DNA from: an uncultured Lentisphaeria bacterium
GTDB lineage: Bacteria > Fidelibacterota > UBA8477 > JABMPR01
Assembly: GCA_964469505.1 (NCBI GenBank)
Contig: CAYXZO010000005.1
Location: forward strand, 1 to 59,113
Length of the DNA: 59,113 nucleotides
Reading direction: 5' to 3'
Both the position numbers and the translations under genes were made by a program. The notes under the pieces are model-generated. The model was given only the letters and a program-made list of their open reading frames with translations. It was not told the origin of the DNA and searched no databases. Positions 8,843 through 18,294 of the stretch are shown here, piece after piece; the first letter of the stretch is position 1, and every line of letters begins with the position of its first letter.

Positions 8843-9463
8843 ATGAAACGCTTATATCGCTCTAAAACAAATAAAGTATTCGCCGGGGTTTGTGGTGGTC
8901 TGGGTGAGTACTTAGGAATAGACCCGCTGATTATTCGGATTTTATGGGTACTTACTACTTTTTTCACCGGCTCGGCGCTGGTGATATATCTGGTGGCGAT
9001 ATTAATTCTACCGGAAGGAGTATCTGAGACTCCTTTGGAATTTGAGGAGTCCAGTGGTAATAAGTTCTGGGGTGTATCACTCATTGTAGTAGGCCTTATC
9101 ATATTACTGAGTCGATTAGATCCTTTCTGGCCCATGTTGAGAAACTTGGGTCTGCTCGGTGCGGGGGTATTTTGGGCCCTGGTATTGATCGCTTTGGGGG
9201 TGTACTTGCTGGTGGGACGTCCTTCATCCAGCGGTGAGAATCCCATGTTCCAGGGTCGGTTACGTAATCGCCGGTGGCGCCGCAATCTGGTGGATGGTCG
9301 TTTAGCCGGAGTGTGCGCTGGTTTAGGTGATTATTTGGATCTGGATCCCAATTTGATTCGCCTACTTTGGGTCCTGTTGGCTTTTACTTCGTTGGGCTTG
9401 GCCGTACTGGCCTACTTCCTTTTCGCCCTTTTTCTGCCCCGCTCGGATGAAATTGAGCTGTAA
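8843..9463 (+). CDS. pspC: PspC-domain membrane protein with two PspC domains
   Basis: KRLYRSKTNKVFAGVCGGLGEYLGIDPLIIR and RRNLVDGRLAGVCAGLGDYLDLDPNLIR; four hydrophobic segments. Confidence 0.88.
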   Translation: MKRLYRSKTNKVFAGVCGGLGEYLGIDPLIIRILWVLTTFFTGSALVIYLVAILILPEGVSETPLEFEESSGNKFWGVSLIVVGLIILLSRLDPFWPMLRNLGLLGAGVFWALVLIALGVYLLVGRPSSSGENPMFQGRLRNRRWRRNLVDGRLAGVCAGLGDYLDLDPNLIRLLWVLLAFTSLGLAVLAYFLFALFLPRSDEIEL

Positions 9464-11120
9464 GCATCTCACTGAACTTAAGAAATCTCCGGCCCTCAGC
9501 TTTTCAACGGCTGTAATTGTAGGAGTACTGTGGTTTGCGACTCCTTCTCAAGCCACTTTACCACCGGAGATCCTTGCGACCTACCCTCAGCTACAGTACA
9601 TTAATTTCATCCAAATCGGCAAATGGAAAGCTTTTATTGCCGGACAGGACGGCGCGTTGGTTTACGATTTGGGCAACGGCCAGTGGCAAAGCACGGTCTC
9701 TCTGACCAATCCTCCCTTTGAAGAACCCGTCTTTTGCATATGGGGTGATGAATTTCGCAATACGGCCTGGCTAGTCACACCTGAAGCGGTCTTTCGCTGG
9801 AATTATCAGAATAACTGGCTGGATAGGCTGGAACTACCGGTTCAGATGCGCTACCGTGATGACTACCGCATAGGCTACACTGAACGCTATGTGGTTATTC
9901 GTACCGAAAGCGAAAACAACGCGCAGGTGTTCTATGATCAAATCAGTGGAGAATACAAATATGTTCCCCCGCGTGGCCAGGAACTGGCCTCCAGGATAGA
10001 GTGGTTGCCTCGGATCGATCCCGCTATTCGGCGCTCGAAACATTTCCCTGCCCTTATCCTGAACGAAGCGGGCAATCTGACATCTGACGGGACTTTGGTG
10101 TTGAACGCTTTCGATGCCTTTCGCGGTGTTCCGGTTACGACTTTCGTACGCAGCGGCAATGGGGAGACTTTTCTGGGAACCTGGGGTTACGGGGTGTTTT
10201 ACTCTTTGCATCGCGGAGAGATTCTCCGCCGATTAGCTTTAGGTTTACTTGATCCGGCGGTGGTAAGCATGGTTGCCGATGATTCTATCCTGGCAGTGGG
10301 AGGTGTTAGAGGAGTTACTTTAGTTAATCCGGCTGGAGAGTTCGATTATGCACCCATTCCGGTACAGGACGTTCCCCTCCGTCCTATGGTCTCAGCCATT
10401 AAACTCGTAAAAGGTGAACTTTGGGGGGCCGTACCGGCCGCAGTTCTGTCATATTCCAGGACCAATCGCAAGTGGGAGGTTGAGGTCAGATTGGAACCGC
10501 TCCAGGGTGAAAAAGTATATGACTTCTGGCGTTATAAAGACCAACTCTACCTGGCGACCGATAGGAGCGTTTTCTGGTCCGGAAAGGGTTCAGTAATTCG
10601 GCTCATTAAATCCCCCAGACCATATCCCTACTATGCAATAACAACCTTCGGTGGAAAAATCTGGGTTGGCGGTTGGGCCGGCTTATATGTGTTGGATCAG
10701 GACACCGTGGGTAGTGGTTTGCATTTCAGCAGTACTGGAGAAAACCTTAATTGGGATGATTGGTCTTACGATCCGGTTTTTCAACTGGTGCCTGTAGGTA
10801 ATCAGATATGGTTTGCCACCGGTTGGGGAGTTGGTAGTTATGATTTGAATCTACAGCAATGGACTGCCATCGTCTTCCCCTGGCAGAATTTCAGGCCACG
10901 TGGATTGGCAGTTAGTAATAAAGCCCTATGGGTAGCCACTGAGAGCGGGATAATGGTTTATTTACGGGAGCGGGGAACCTGGGAGCGCCTGACGATTGCT
11001 GAAGGGCTTCCCAGCAATTTCGTTTCCGCCATAGCGCTGCGGAGTAACGAGCTATGGATAGGCACTGACAAAGGACTTACACGTCTCATCTGGAATAAAT
11101 GGTTGGAGCGTTTTAATTGA
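9447..11120 (+). CDS. Exported beta-propeller protein
   Basis: Signal-like N-terminus; repeated W-x-G/A-T strands, C-terminal EGLPSNFVSAIALRSNELWIGTDKGL typical of sensor/regulator propeller blades. Confidence 0.7.
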   Translation: MKLSCKHLTELKKSPALSFSTAVIVGVLWFATPSQATLPPEILATYPQLQYINFIQIGKWKAFIAGQDGALVYDLGNGQWQSTVSLTNPPFEEPVFCIWGDEFRNTAWLVTPEAVFRWNYQNNWLDRLELPVQMRYRDDYRIGYTERYVVIRTESENNAQVFYDQISGEYKYVPPRGQELASRIEWLPRIDPAIRRSKHFPALILNEAGNLTSDGTLVLNAFDAFRGVPVTTFVRSGNGETFLGTWGYGVFYSLHRGEILRRLALGLLDPAVVSMVADDSILAVGGVRGVTLVNPAGEFDYAPIPVQDVPLRPMVSAIKLVKGELWGAVPAAVLSYSRTNRKWEVEVRLEPLQGEKVYDFWRYKDQLYLATDRSVFWSGKGSVIRLIKSPRPYPYYAITTFGGKIWVGGWAGLYVLDQDTVGSGLHFSSTGENLNWDDWSYDPVFQLVPVGNQIWFATGWGVGSYDLNLQQWTAIVFPWQNFRPRGLAVSNKALWVATESGIMVYLRERGTWERLTIAEGLPSNFVSAIALRSNELWIGTDKGLTRLIWNKWLERFN

Positions 11121-12373
11121 AAAGACTATTCATTTGGCCACTGTTACTTTTGATCTTTGCCTGCGGCCCGCCTGTACGTCGTCCGTCAAAAATTCCTCCG
11201 AAACCCCAATTCTCTTTCGTTACCCAGATGGCCCCGCTGCCGGATCACCAGCGAATGCGGCTTAACATCTTTGTGAAAATCCCGTATAGCGAATTGCAGT
11301 TTACCCGCTTGGGCAAGCAGTACCAGGCACGCTACCAATTGGACATGGTAGTGCGCGGAGCGGACGAAGAACGTATCGCCGGTAAAGTATTTAAAGGCAA
11401 ACTGTTGGTATCAACCTACCAAGAAGCCAGGCACCGACATAGATGGGCTTATTTCAAACATAGCTTCATCGTAAAAGCTCAGAAGATTAAAGTCGAAATA
11501 AGGGCTACAGATTTGTTCACCCACTCGGCCAATCTAAAGGAACGTACCTTGGATTTTTCCCAGTTGTACCAACAGCCGGTTGCTCTGGGAAGTATTATAC
11601 TGGCGGCCGGGCGCAAAGATACACTGGGCCCCAAGAGTCTGGTATTTGGCAACGCCCTTGAAATGAAGGTTGACACTTTGTTTTTCCGGATCCCCATATT
11701 GGCCAGTGGCGGGCCGTACCATCTCAGGTATAAGCTTTTGCATAGCAACGAAGCTCTTTTCAGCCAGGACCTTATTATACCTGAAGAAACTGCTATCGAT
11801 AGCAGTTTAACACTACCGGTTCCCATGAAAAATCTGCCTTATGCGGAATACCAATTGAGGGTCAAGTTTACTAACGCCAGTGGTGCCAGCGTGGTCAGGG
11901 AACAGGTTTTTCAGGTACGGCTAGAGGGAATAAAGTTCAATGTGGGAGATTTGGACGAAGCCATAAAGCAGCTCAGGTACATCGCCTCTCCAGGTGAAAT
12001 CCAACGCATGCTCAAAGCTCCCCTCGATGAAAAACGGGTGATGTTCCGGGAATTCTGGAAAAAGAAAGATCCCTCTCCCAATACCCCTGAAAACGAATTG
12101 ATGGATGAATATTACCGTCGGGTTGCTTATACCATCGAAAATTTCTCCTCGGTCAGGGTGGGGTGGAAAACCGATCGGGGAATGGTATACATCATTTTCG
12201 GTCCCCCCGATGAAGTGGAGAAAGGTCCTTTTGAGCTGGATCGCAAACCGTATGAGATATGGCATTACTTCCGCCTGGGGAGGAAATTTCTATTTGTTGA
12301 TGAAACCGGATTCGGTGATTACCGCCTGGTCAATCCTTCTGGTGAAATTCAAAATTGGAGATTCAGATATTGA
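11117..12373 (+). CDS. GWxTD domain-containing lipoprotein
   Basis: Lipobox IFAC; FWKKKDPSPNTPENELMDEYYRRVAY, GWKTDRGMVYIIFGPPD, YEIWHY, FLFVD. Confidence 0.88.
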   Translation: MKRLFIWPLLLLIFACGPPVRRPSKIPPKPQFSFVTQMAPLPDHQRMRLNIFVKIPYSELQFTRLGKQYQARYQLDMVVRGADEERIAGKVFKGKLLVSTYQEARHRHRWAYFKHSFIVKAQKIKVEIRATDLFTHSANLKERTLDFSQLYQQPVALGSIILAAGRKDTLGPKSLVFGNALEMKVDTLFFRIPILASGGPYHLRYKLLHSNEALFSQDLIIPEETAIDSSLTLPVPMKNLPYAEYQLRVKFTNASGASVVREQVFQVRLEGIKFNVGDLDEAIKQLRYIASPGEIQRMLKAPLDEKRVMFREFWKKKDPSPNTPENELMDEYYRRVAYTIENFSSVRVGWKTDRGMVYIIFGPPDEVEKGPFELDRKPYEIWHYFRLGRKFLFVDETGFGDYRLVNPSGEIQNWRFRY

Positions 12374-12981
12374 AAACTGGTACTGATCTGGGCCGACGTA
12401 TTTACGATTTTCTGGAAGAACATGGTTTTTTCAGCGGTACGGCCGAAAGCTCCACTCGAGAGGCTGTCCGCCGACTGCTGGGATTAGGGGGATCTGGGGA
12501 AACTCATGAGGTACCCCTCATCGATTCGGCCGAAGAGGCGGGGAAAAAGATCTTAACCATCTTCATCGATGGCTCTGCTGATCAGCAAAGTGGGGCGGCC
12601 GGTATTGGTGCTGCTTTTTACTACCGGGGCGAACTGATTCATTCCGTCAGTAAGTCGGTTCCCGGTCTGACGAACAACGAGGCCGAATATGAAGCTCTGA
12701 GGGTTGCCCTGGAACTGGCCCGCCAGTTCCAGGTTGATAAAGTTGAGATAAAGTCAGATAGTGAGCTGTTAATCAGGCAGTTAACTGGAATGTATAAAGT
12801 GCGCAACCCCCGTTTGGCTAAGCGTTTTATGGAGGTGCAAGCATTGGCTAAAGATCTTCCCGAACTGGTTTACCAGCATGTCCCTCGGGAAGAAAATCGT
12901 ACTGCGGATAAACTGGCCCGTACAGCCATGCGCGCTTTACAGGAAAAGCGGAAAAACAGACTGAAAGACAAAGGACGGTGA
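12370..12981 (+). CDS. rnhA: Ribonuclease HI family protein with N-terminal extension
   Basis: IFIDGSA, GAAGIG, TNNEAEYEAL, KSDSELLIRQLTGMYKV, HVPREENRTADKLA; probable TTG start overlapping upstream TGA (ORF track start 12355). Confidence 0.85.
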   Translation: MKTGTDLGRRIYDFLEEHGFFSGTAESSTREAVRRLLGLGGSGETHEVPLIDSAEEAGKKILTIFIDGSADQQSGAAGIGAAFYYRGELIHSVSKSVPGLTNNEAEYEALRVALELARQFQVDKVEIKSDSELLIRQLTGMYKVRNPRLAKRFMEVQALAKDLPELVYQHVPREENRTADKLARTAMRALQEKRKNRLKDKGR

Positions 12982-14048
12982 GCATGAAAGGTTTGGTAAC
13001 AGCCGGTGGTCACGGCACCCGTTTGCATCCGCTGACTCATACCCAGAACAAGCACCTGATTCCCATCGCCAACAAGCCCATGATTTTCTATGCCCTAGAG
13101 TACATGAAAGAAGCGGGTATCACAGAGGTCGGAATTGTCATTAATGCCGGAGACCAATCCTTGCCGGACCTGGTAGGTGATGGATCCCGGTGGGGAATGA
13201 ATATCACCTACTTGGAGCAGGAAGCGCCCTTGGGGTTAGCCCATGTTGTTAAAATCGCTGAGCCGTTTATCGGCACCGAACCTTTTGTGTTTTACTTGGG
13301 CGATAACATTCTGGTAGGGGGTATTAAAACCTTTGTGGAAGCCTTCCAGAGGGAAGGTTCCAACTGTCATCTCGTTCTATCTCGAGTGAAAGATCCGCAG
13401 CGGTTTGGAGTACCGGAATTGCGCGATGGTCGCATCATTTCCATCGAAGAGAAGCCTCAACACCCGAAATCGGAATATGCGGTAACAGGAATATATCTGT
13501 ATGATGCTCACATATTCGAAGCGGTCAACAGCATCAAGCCCAGCGCTCGCGGGGAATTGGAGATTTCGGATGCTCATCAATATCTGCTGGAAAAAGGCTA
13601 CGCCATTAGCTATTCCGAAATTACAGGCTGGTGGAAGGACACAGGTAAACCGGAAGATCTGCTGGAGGCCAACCGCTTAGTGCTGGACAATTTGAAAGAA
13701 GAAATCCGGGGAGAAGTTGATGCCACCAGTGGGATTTTCGGCAGGGTCGTTTTGAGTCCTACGGCCAAAATAAAAAACAGCATCGTCCGGGGGCCGGTGA
13801 TTATCGGCGATAATACCCGAATCGTCGATTGCTACATCGGGCCCTACACTTCCATCGCTGAGAATTGTGAATTACGAAATTGCGAGGTGGAGTTCTCTTT
13901 GATTATGAGCCGGTGCCGCATAAACGATATTGGTATTCGCATCGAGAGCAGTCTATTGGGGAAAGAAGTTCAGATTGTAAAGGCCGCTAACAAACCCAAA
14001 ACCCAACGCTTTATGCTGGGGGATCGGAGCCGGCTGGAGTTAACTTGA
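12978..14048 (+). CDS. rfbA: Glucose-1-phosphate thymidylyltransferase, long form with C-terminal beta-helix
   Basis: GLVTAGGHGTRLHPLT, KHLIPIANKPMI, EEKP, WWKDTGKPEDLLEAN, hexapeptide-like C-terminus. Confidence 0.88.
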   Translation: MSMKGLVTAGGHGTRLHPLTHTQNKHLIPIANKPMIFYALEYMKEAGITEVGIVINAGDQSLPDLVGDGSRWGMNITYLEQEAPLGLAHVVKIAEPFIGTEPFVFYLGDNILVGGIKTFVEAFQREGSNCHLVLSRVKDPQRFGVPELRDGRIISIEEKPQHPKSEYAVTGIYLYDAHIFEAVNSIKPSARGELEISDAHQYLLEKGYAISYSEITGWWKDTGKPEDLLEANRLVLDNLKEEIRGEVDATSGIFGRVVLSPTAKIKNSIVRGPVIIGDNTRIVDCYIGPYTSIAENCELRNCEVEFSLIMSRCRINDIGIRIESSLLGKEVQIVKAANKPKTQRFMLGDRSRLELT

Positions 14049-14217
14049 AGTTATCTCCGAATCTGACTGTCGTACAATAAAGGAAGCGGCGGTAAAGATT
14101 TTAGTTACCCGGCTTTCATTTTATTTACCAAGAACCTACATTTGCCAGTGATTTGAAAGGAGCTGGTGGAACTTTGAAAAATGGGCAAAACTTTGAAGAA
14201 TAATAGTCGAGGATCGT

Positions 14218-15240
14218 ATGCGCCGCCGTTTTCGTGATCTGCTGAATTGGATGGCGGGAGACATTGCCATAGATCTTGGTACGGCCAATACCCTGATTTA
14301 CATCCGGGGACAGGGGGTCGTGTTGAACGAGCCGTCCATAGTTGCCCGCTCTCTGGCGACTGGTAAAGTGATTGCAGTGGGCAACGAAGCCAAAAACATG
14401 CTGGGCAAAACCCACCAGGATATCGAAACCATTCGCCCCCTGAGGGATGGGGTCATCGCCGATTTCGAAATGGCCGACGGTATGTTGCAGGGTTTTTTGA
14501 ATAAACTACCCTTAAGTCGGCTGGCACGGCCCCGAATGGTCATCTGCATCCCTTCGGGTATTACCGAAGTTGAAAAACGAGCCGTTAAAGAATCGGCTGA
14601 AAGGCGTAATGCCAGGGAAGTATATCTCATCGAGGAACCGGTGGCTGCGGCCTTGGGCATCGGACTGGATATAAGCCAGCCTGTGGGCAATATGATTGTG
14701 GATATCGGAGGTGGAACTACTGAAATTGCTGTGATTGCTTTGAATGGGATTGTTGAAAAAGAATCCCTGCGGGTGGCTGGTGATGAGATGGATGAGGAGA
14801 TTATGAAGCATTTCAAAAAGGAGCATAATCTTCTCATTGGTGAGCGGACAGCGGAACAGATAAAATGTACCGTCGGCTCAGCCGTGCGCGGCAGGGAGTA
14901 TAAAATCGCCGTAAAAGGCCACAGCCTTTTGAGAGGTATTCCTAAAACCATCGAGATTTCCTCCGGTGAAATCACCGAGGCCTTGGAAGACCGGCTGAAT
15001 GAAATTATAGATGCTGTTAAACGTTGTCTGGAGCGGACTCCACCGGAATTGAGTTCCGACCTTCTGGATCGAGGTATTATTCTCACCGGTGGCGGCTCCT
15101 TGCTGCGTGGTTTGGATGAATTGATGCGTAATGAAATTGATTTGCCGGTCAACGTGGCCGAGGAGCCGTTGTATTCCATTGTTTACGGTACTGGTAAAGT
15201 CTTAGAGGATATTTCCCACTACCAGGACATCCTCTATTAG
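14218..15240 (+). CDS. mreB: Rod shape-determining protein MreB
   Basis: IAIDLGTANT, RPLRDGVIADF, IEEPVAAA, VDIGGGTTE, LTGGGSLL. Confidence 0.97.
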   Translation: MRRRFRDLLNWMAGDIAIDLGTANTLIYIRGQGVVLNEPSIVARSLATGKVIAVGNEAKNMLGKTHQDIETIRPLRDGVIADFEMADGMLQGFLNKLPLSRLARPRMVICIPSGITEVEKRAVKESAERRNAREVYLIEEPVAAALGIGLDISQPVGNMIVDIGGGTTEIAVIALNGIVEKESLRVAGDEMDEEIMKHFKKEHNLLIGERTAEQIKCTVGSAVRGREYKIAVKGHSLLRGIPKTIEISSGEITEALEDRLNEIIDAVKRCLERTPPELSSDLLDRGIILTGGGSLLRGLDELMRNEIDLPVNVAEEPLYSIVYGTGKVLEDISHYQDILY

Positions 15241-15248
15241 GGGTTGAT

Positions 15249-16043
15249 ATGACCCCTCAGCGTTTTCTCAGTCTTCCTCAGTACAGACTTCTAGTTCACT
15301 TTGTAGGCGCTGTTTTGGCCAGTCTGTTGGTTTTAGGCGCTCAACGTACTCAGCCGGTAGTTATGGTGCGCGATGCTATTTTGGATGTTACTTCTTATGT
15401 CTACTTACCAATTGAGGCTATTCAAAATCTGGTGACCCTGGAAAAACGTTATACGACCCTGCAGCGCAAATACGTACAGGCTCGGATCGAACTAAATCGA
15501 TTGCGCTCAGTGGAGAAAGAAAATCAGCGGCTAAGGCGGATGCTTCATTTCCGTACTGCCCGCAAATACGAAGTAATTCCAGCCCATGTTTTGTCCCAGG
15601 CCGCTAATCAGAGCCTCACCAGCCTTACGGTAGATCATGGCAGTGAAGATGGGGTTCATCTACTGGATCCAGTAATAGATGCTGAAGCCAATCTGGTGGG
15701 TAAAGTTATTGCGGTGGGGAAATCCACGGCCTTGGTGCAAATCCTAAAAGATCGCAATTTCAGAGTTTCGGTACGTAGCCTCCGTAGTCGGGTGACAGGA
15801 ATATTGAGCTATTCCCCCAGGGAGGGATTCCGATTGGGGAATGTACCTTTAAATGCCCCCCTGATGCCCGGCGATTCCATAATTACTTCCGGTTTTAGTG
15901 ATATTTTTCCCCCAGATATTTTCGTTGGTTGGGTGACCGATGTTCAACCGGAGTTAGAGGGCTATGTAAAGTCGGCGGGGGTGCGCCTGGCCACCGATTT
16001 CAACCGCTTAGAAGAGGTTTTAATCCTTGACTGGCATCGTTAA
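15249..16043 (+). CDS. mreC: Rod shape-determining protein MreC
   Basis: TM plus coiled coil (EKENQRLRRMLHF), LTVDHGSEDGV, GDSIITSGFSDIFPPDIFVG; position after mreB. Confidence 0.93.
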   Translation: MTPQRFLSLPQYRLLVHFVGAVLASLLVLGAQRTQPVVMVRDAILDVTSYVYLPIEAIQNLVTLEKRYTTLQRKYVQARIELNRLRSVEKENQRLRRMLHFRTARKYEVIPAHVLSQAANQSLTSLTVDHGSEDGVHLLDPVIDAEANLVGKVIAVGKSTALVQILKDRNFRVSVRSLRSRVTGILSYSPREGFRLGNVPLNAPLMPGDSIITSGFSDIFPPDIFVGWVTDVQPELEGYVKSAGVRLATDFNRLEEVLILDWHR

Positions 16044-16512
16044 ACGCCTATTCCTAATTCTGATAGGTATCGGCTTGGTAGTGCTGCAATGGTTACTACA
16101 GGCTGCCTTAGCAATTTCCGGTAGTACGCCCCATTTTGTAGCCATATTCACCCTTTATCTGGGATTGTTGGAAGGGGGCGCCTTTGCTTTGTGGATCGCT
16201 TTTTTATTAGGTTTGTACTGGGATGCTTTAACCGCTACTGACTTTTTAGGACTGAGTGCCCTAGGGCTGGTTTGTTTGGCATATCTGGGAGCGATCATGC
16301 AAACCCGCCTGAACCGGATCCCACCCATCTGGCAATATCTTTTCCACCTGGTGGCCCTGACCTTTTTCTTCAGTCTGACCCTCTTCATTTATTATCAGAA
16401 CTCCGACTGGAGTGCGGGCCAGATATTCTTCCTAATGATTCTACCGAACACCTTTTACACTTTTTTTGTTTTGATTCCTGCCTTTTTGATTTTGAGGGTA
16501 GGCCAGCAATAA
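16027..16512 (+). CDS. mreD: Rod shape-determining protein MreD
   Basis: 161-aa hydrophobic protein between mreC and mrdA; FLLGLYWDAL motif. Confidence 0.85.
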   Translation: MTGIVKRLFLILIGIGLVVLQWLLQAALAISGSTPHFVAIFTLYLGLLEGGAFALWIAFLLGLYWDALTATDFLGLSALGLVCLAYLGAIMQTRLNRIPPIWQYLFHLVALTFFFSLTLFIYYQNSDWSAGQIFFLMILPNTFYTFFVLIPAFLILRVGQQ

Positions 16513-18294
16513 ATGCTGCAGAACGCCAATGAGGTTTCCCCTTATCGCCGACTAGCCGCTTTTGCCACGGTAGGACTGCTTTTCAGCATTCTATTCCTTC
16601 GCTATTACTGGATAATGATCGTTTCCCACAGTCGCTACGCTGAAAAAGCAGCCGCTAATTACATTCGTGCGGTTCCGGTGCCGGCAGCCAGGGGAATTAT
16701 TTCTGATCGAAAAGGCCGTATTCTCGTGGATAACGTGCCGGCCTACACCGTATCTGTGATCCCCATTGAAGTTAAAAAACATCCCGGCACCCTGACCAAA
16801 CTGGCGGAGATGACCAATACCACCCTTGGAGAGGTGAAGAGATTACTGGAGCGTCATCGCCGGGGACTTTTCACGCCCGCTAAAATCTTCAGCCGAGTAC
16901 CCTTTGACGTTTTTTCCAGATTACAGGAGCATCGCTTGGAATTACCGGGCGTCACCTACAGTATCGAACCTGTACGGGCTTATCCCAGTGGCTTAAAGCT
17001 TTCTCATCTCTTGGGATACACGCGCCAGATTTCACGGGAAGATTTGAATCATTACGAAGGCGATTACCAACCCGGTGATCAGGTGGGATGGAAGGGGCTG
17101 GAAAAAAGTTATGAAGAATATTTGCACGGCCGGCGCGGGTATAGATACCTGGAAGTTGACGCCCGCGGGCAGGAGCTAGGACCCTACGGCGGTAAAGTTC
17201 CCATCCAACCGGTGCCGGGTCATAGCCTGGAGCTGAGCCTGGATGCGGAAATCCAAAAAGCCGCTGAGTGGGCCTTTGGTGATAGCACCGGAGCTTTAAT
17301 AGTGATGGATTATCGTACCGGCGGTGTCTTGGCATATTTGAGCAATCCCAGTTATGATGCTGAACTACTGGCGCGCAAGATTTCGCCTGAAGAATGGTCG
17401 GCTTTGATATCAAATCCCAAAAAGCCTCTCTTTGATCGCGTGATACAGGGGTTGTATCCGCCTGGCAGTACGTTCAAAATCATCGCGGCTGTAGAAGCCG
17501 TGCGTGAAGACTCCACCGCCTGGGAAAAAACTTACCGGTGCCAGGGATCTTATCGATTGGGGAGGCGATCTTTTGCTTGTTGGAAAGCAACCGGTCACGG
17601 GAAGTTGAATTTGATCGGCGCCATAGAACAATCTTGTAATGTTTATTTTTATAATCTGATTCAGTCCATCGGTCTTCCCGCCTGGGCCAACATGGCCCGG
17701 CAATTCAATTTTGGTGAGCTCACTGGCATCGACCTGCCCGGTGAGAAAGCCGGGCTGGTGCCAGATAACGCGTTCATGGATCAAAAATATGGTAAGGGTC
17801 GCTGGACAATCGGTAATTTACTGAATCTAGTGGTAGGCCAGGGGGATTTGTTGGTCACTCCGCTGCAATTAGCATGTTTAGCCTCCACCGTAGCCAACAA
17901 AGGCATCTTATTAAAACCATATGTGGTGGAATCCATTCGAGACGCAAGGCGAAGGGTTGTTTTTACTCACCATAAGGATACGTTGCAAGTGATCCAGCTG
18001 CCAGATCTATCCTGGGAAATTGCCCGGGAAGGTATGCGCCGGGTGGTGAACGGCGAGCATGGTACTGCCAAAGCGGCCCGTAGAAAAGATTTCCTGGTAT
18101 TCGGGAAAACCGGTACCGCTGAGAATCCTCATGGCGAGCCCCACGCCTGGTTCATCGGCTTCGCTCAGGGAGGGCCATATCCTTTTGCTTGGGCAGTTTT
18201 AGTGGAGAATGGTGGCTCAGGAGGGGGTACCGCGGCGCCAGTTATTCGTCGATTCTTTAGGTACCTGATCAGAAATAATGTGAGCTATGAATAA
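16513..18294 (+). CDS. mrdA: Penicillin-binding protein 2
   Basis: ARGIISDRKG, YPPGSTFK (SxxK), QSCNVYFY (SxN), GKTGTAE (KTG). Confidence 0.96.
   Translation: MLQNANEVSPYRRLAAFATVGLLFSILFLRYYWIMIVSHSRYAEKAAANYIRAVPVPAARGIISDRKGRILVDNVPAYTVSVIPIEVKKHPGTLTKLAEMTNTTLGEVKRLLERHRRGLFTPAKIFSRVPFDVFSRLQEHRLELPGVTYSIEPVRAYPSGLKLSHLLGYTRQISREDLNHYEGDYQPGDQVGWKGLEKSYEEYLHGRRGYRYLEVDARGQELGPYGGKVPIQPVPGHSLELSLDAEIQKAAEWAFGDSTGALIVMDYRTGGVLAYLSNPSYDAELLARKISPEEWSALISNPKKPLFDRVIQGLYPPGSTFKIIAAVEAVREDSTAWEKTYRCQGSYRLGRRSFACWKATGHGKLNLIGAIEQSCNVYFYNLIQSIGLPAWANMARQFNFGELTGIDLPGEKAGLVPDNAFMDQKYGKGRWTIGNLLNLVVGQGDLLVTPLQLACLASTVANKGILLKPYVVESIRDARRRVVFTHHKDTLQVIQLPDLSWEIAREGMRRVVNGEHGTAKAARRKDFLVFGKTGTAENPHGEPHAWFIGFAQGGPYPFAWAVLVENGGSGGGTAAPVIRRFFRYLIRNNVSYE

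Noticed and set aside
14084-14116. Terminator between the rmlA-like gene and mreB
   Set aside because: Stem has a mismatch and a bulge and a weak U tract; too weak to call.
14298-15179. 293-aa antisense ORF over mreB, and similar shadows (8695..9285, 43056..43529, 16952..17413, 5021..5344)
   Set aside because: Fully opposite conserved genes, no recognisable motifs; expected from codon bias.
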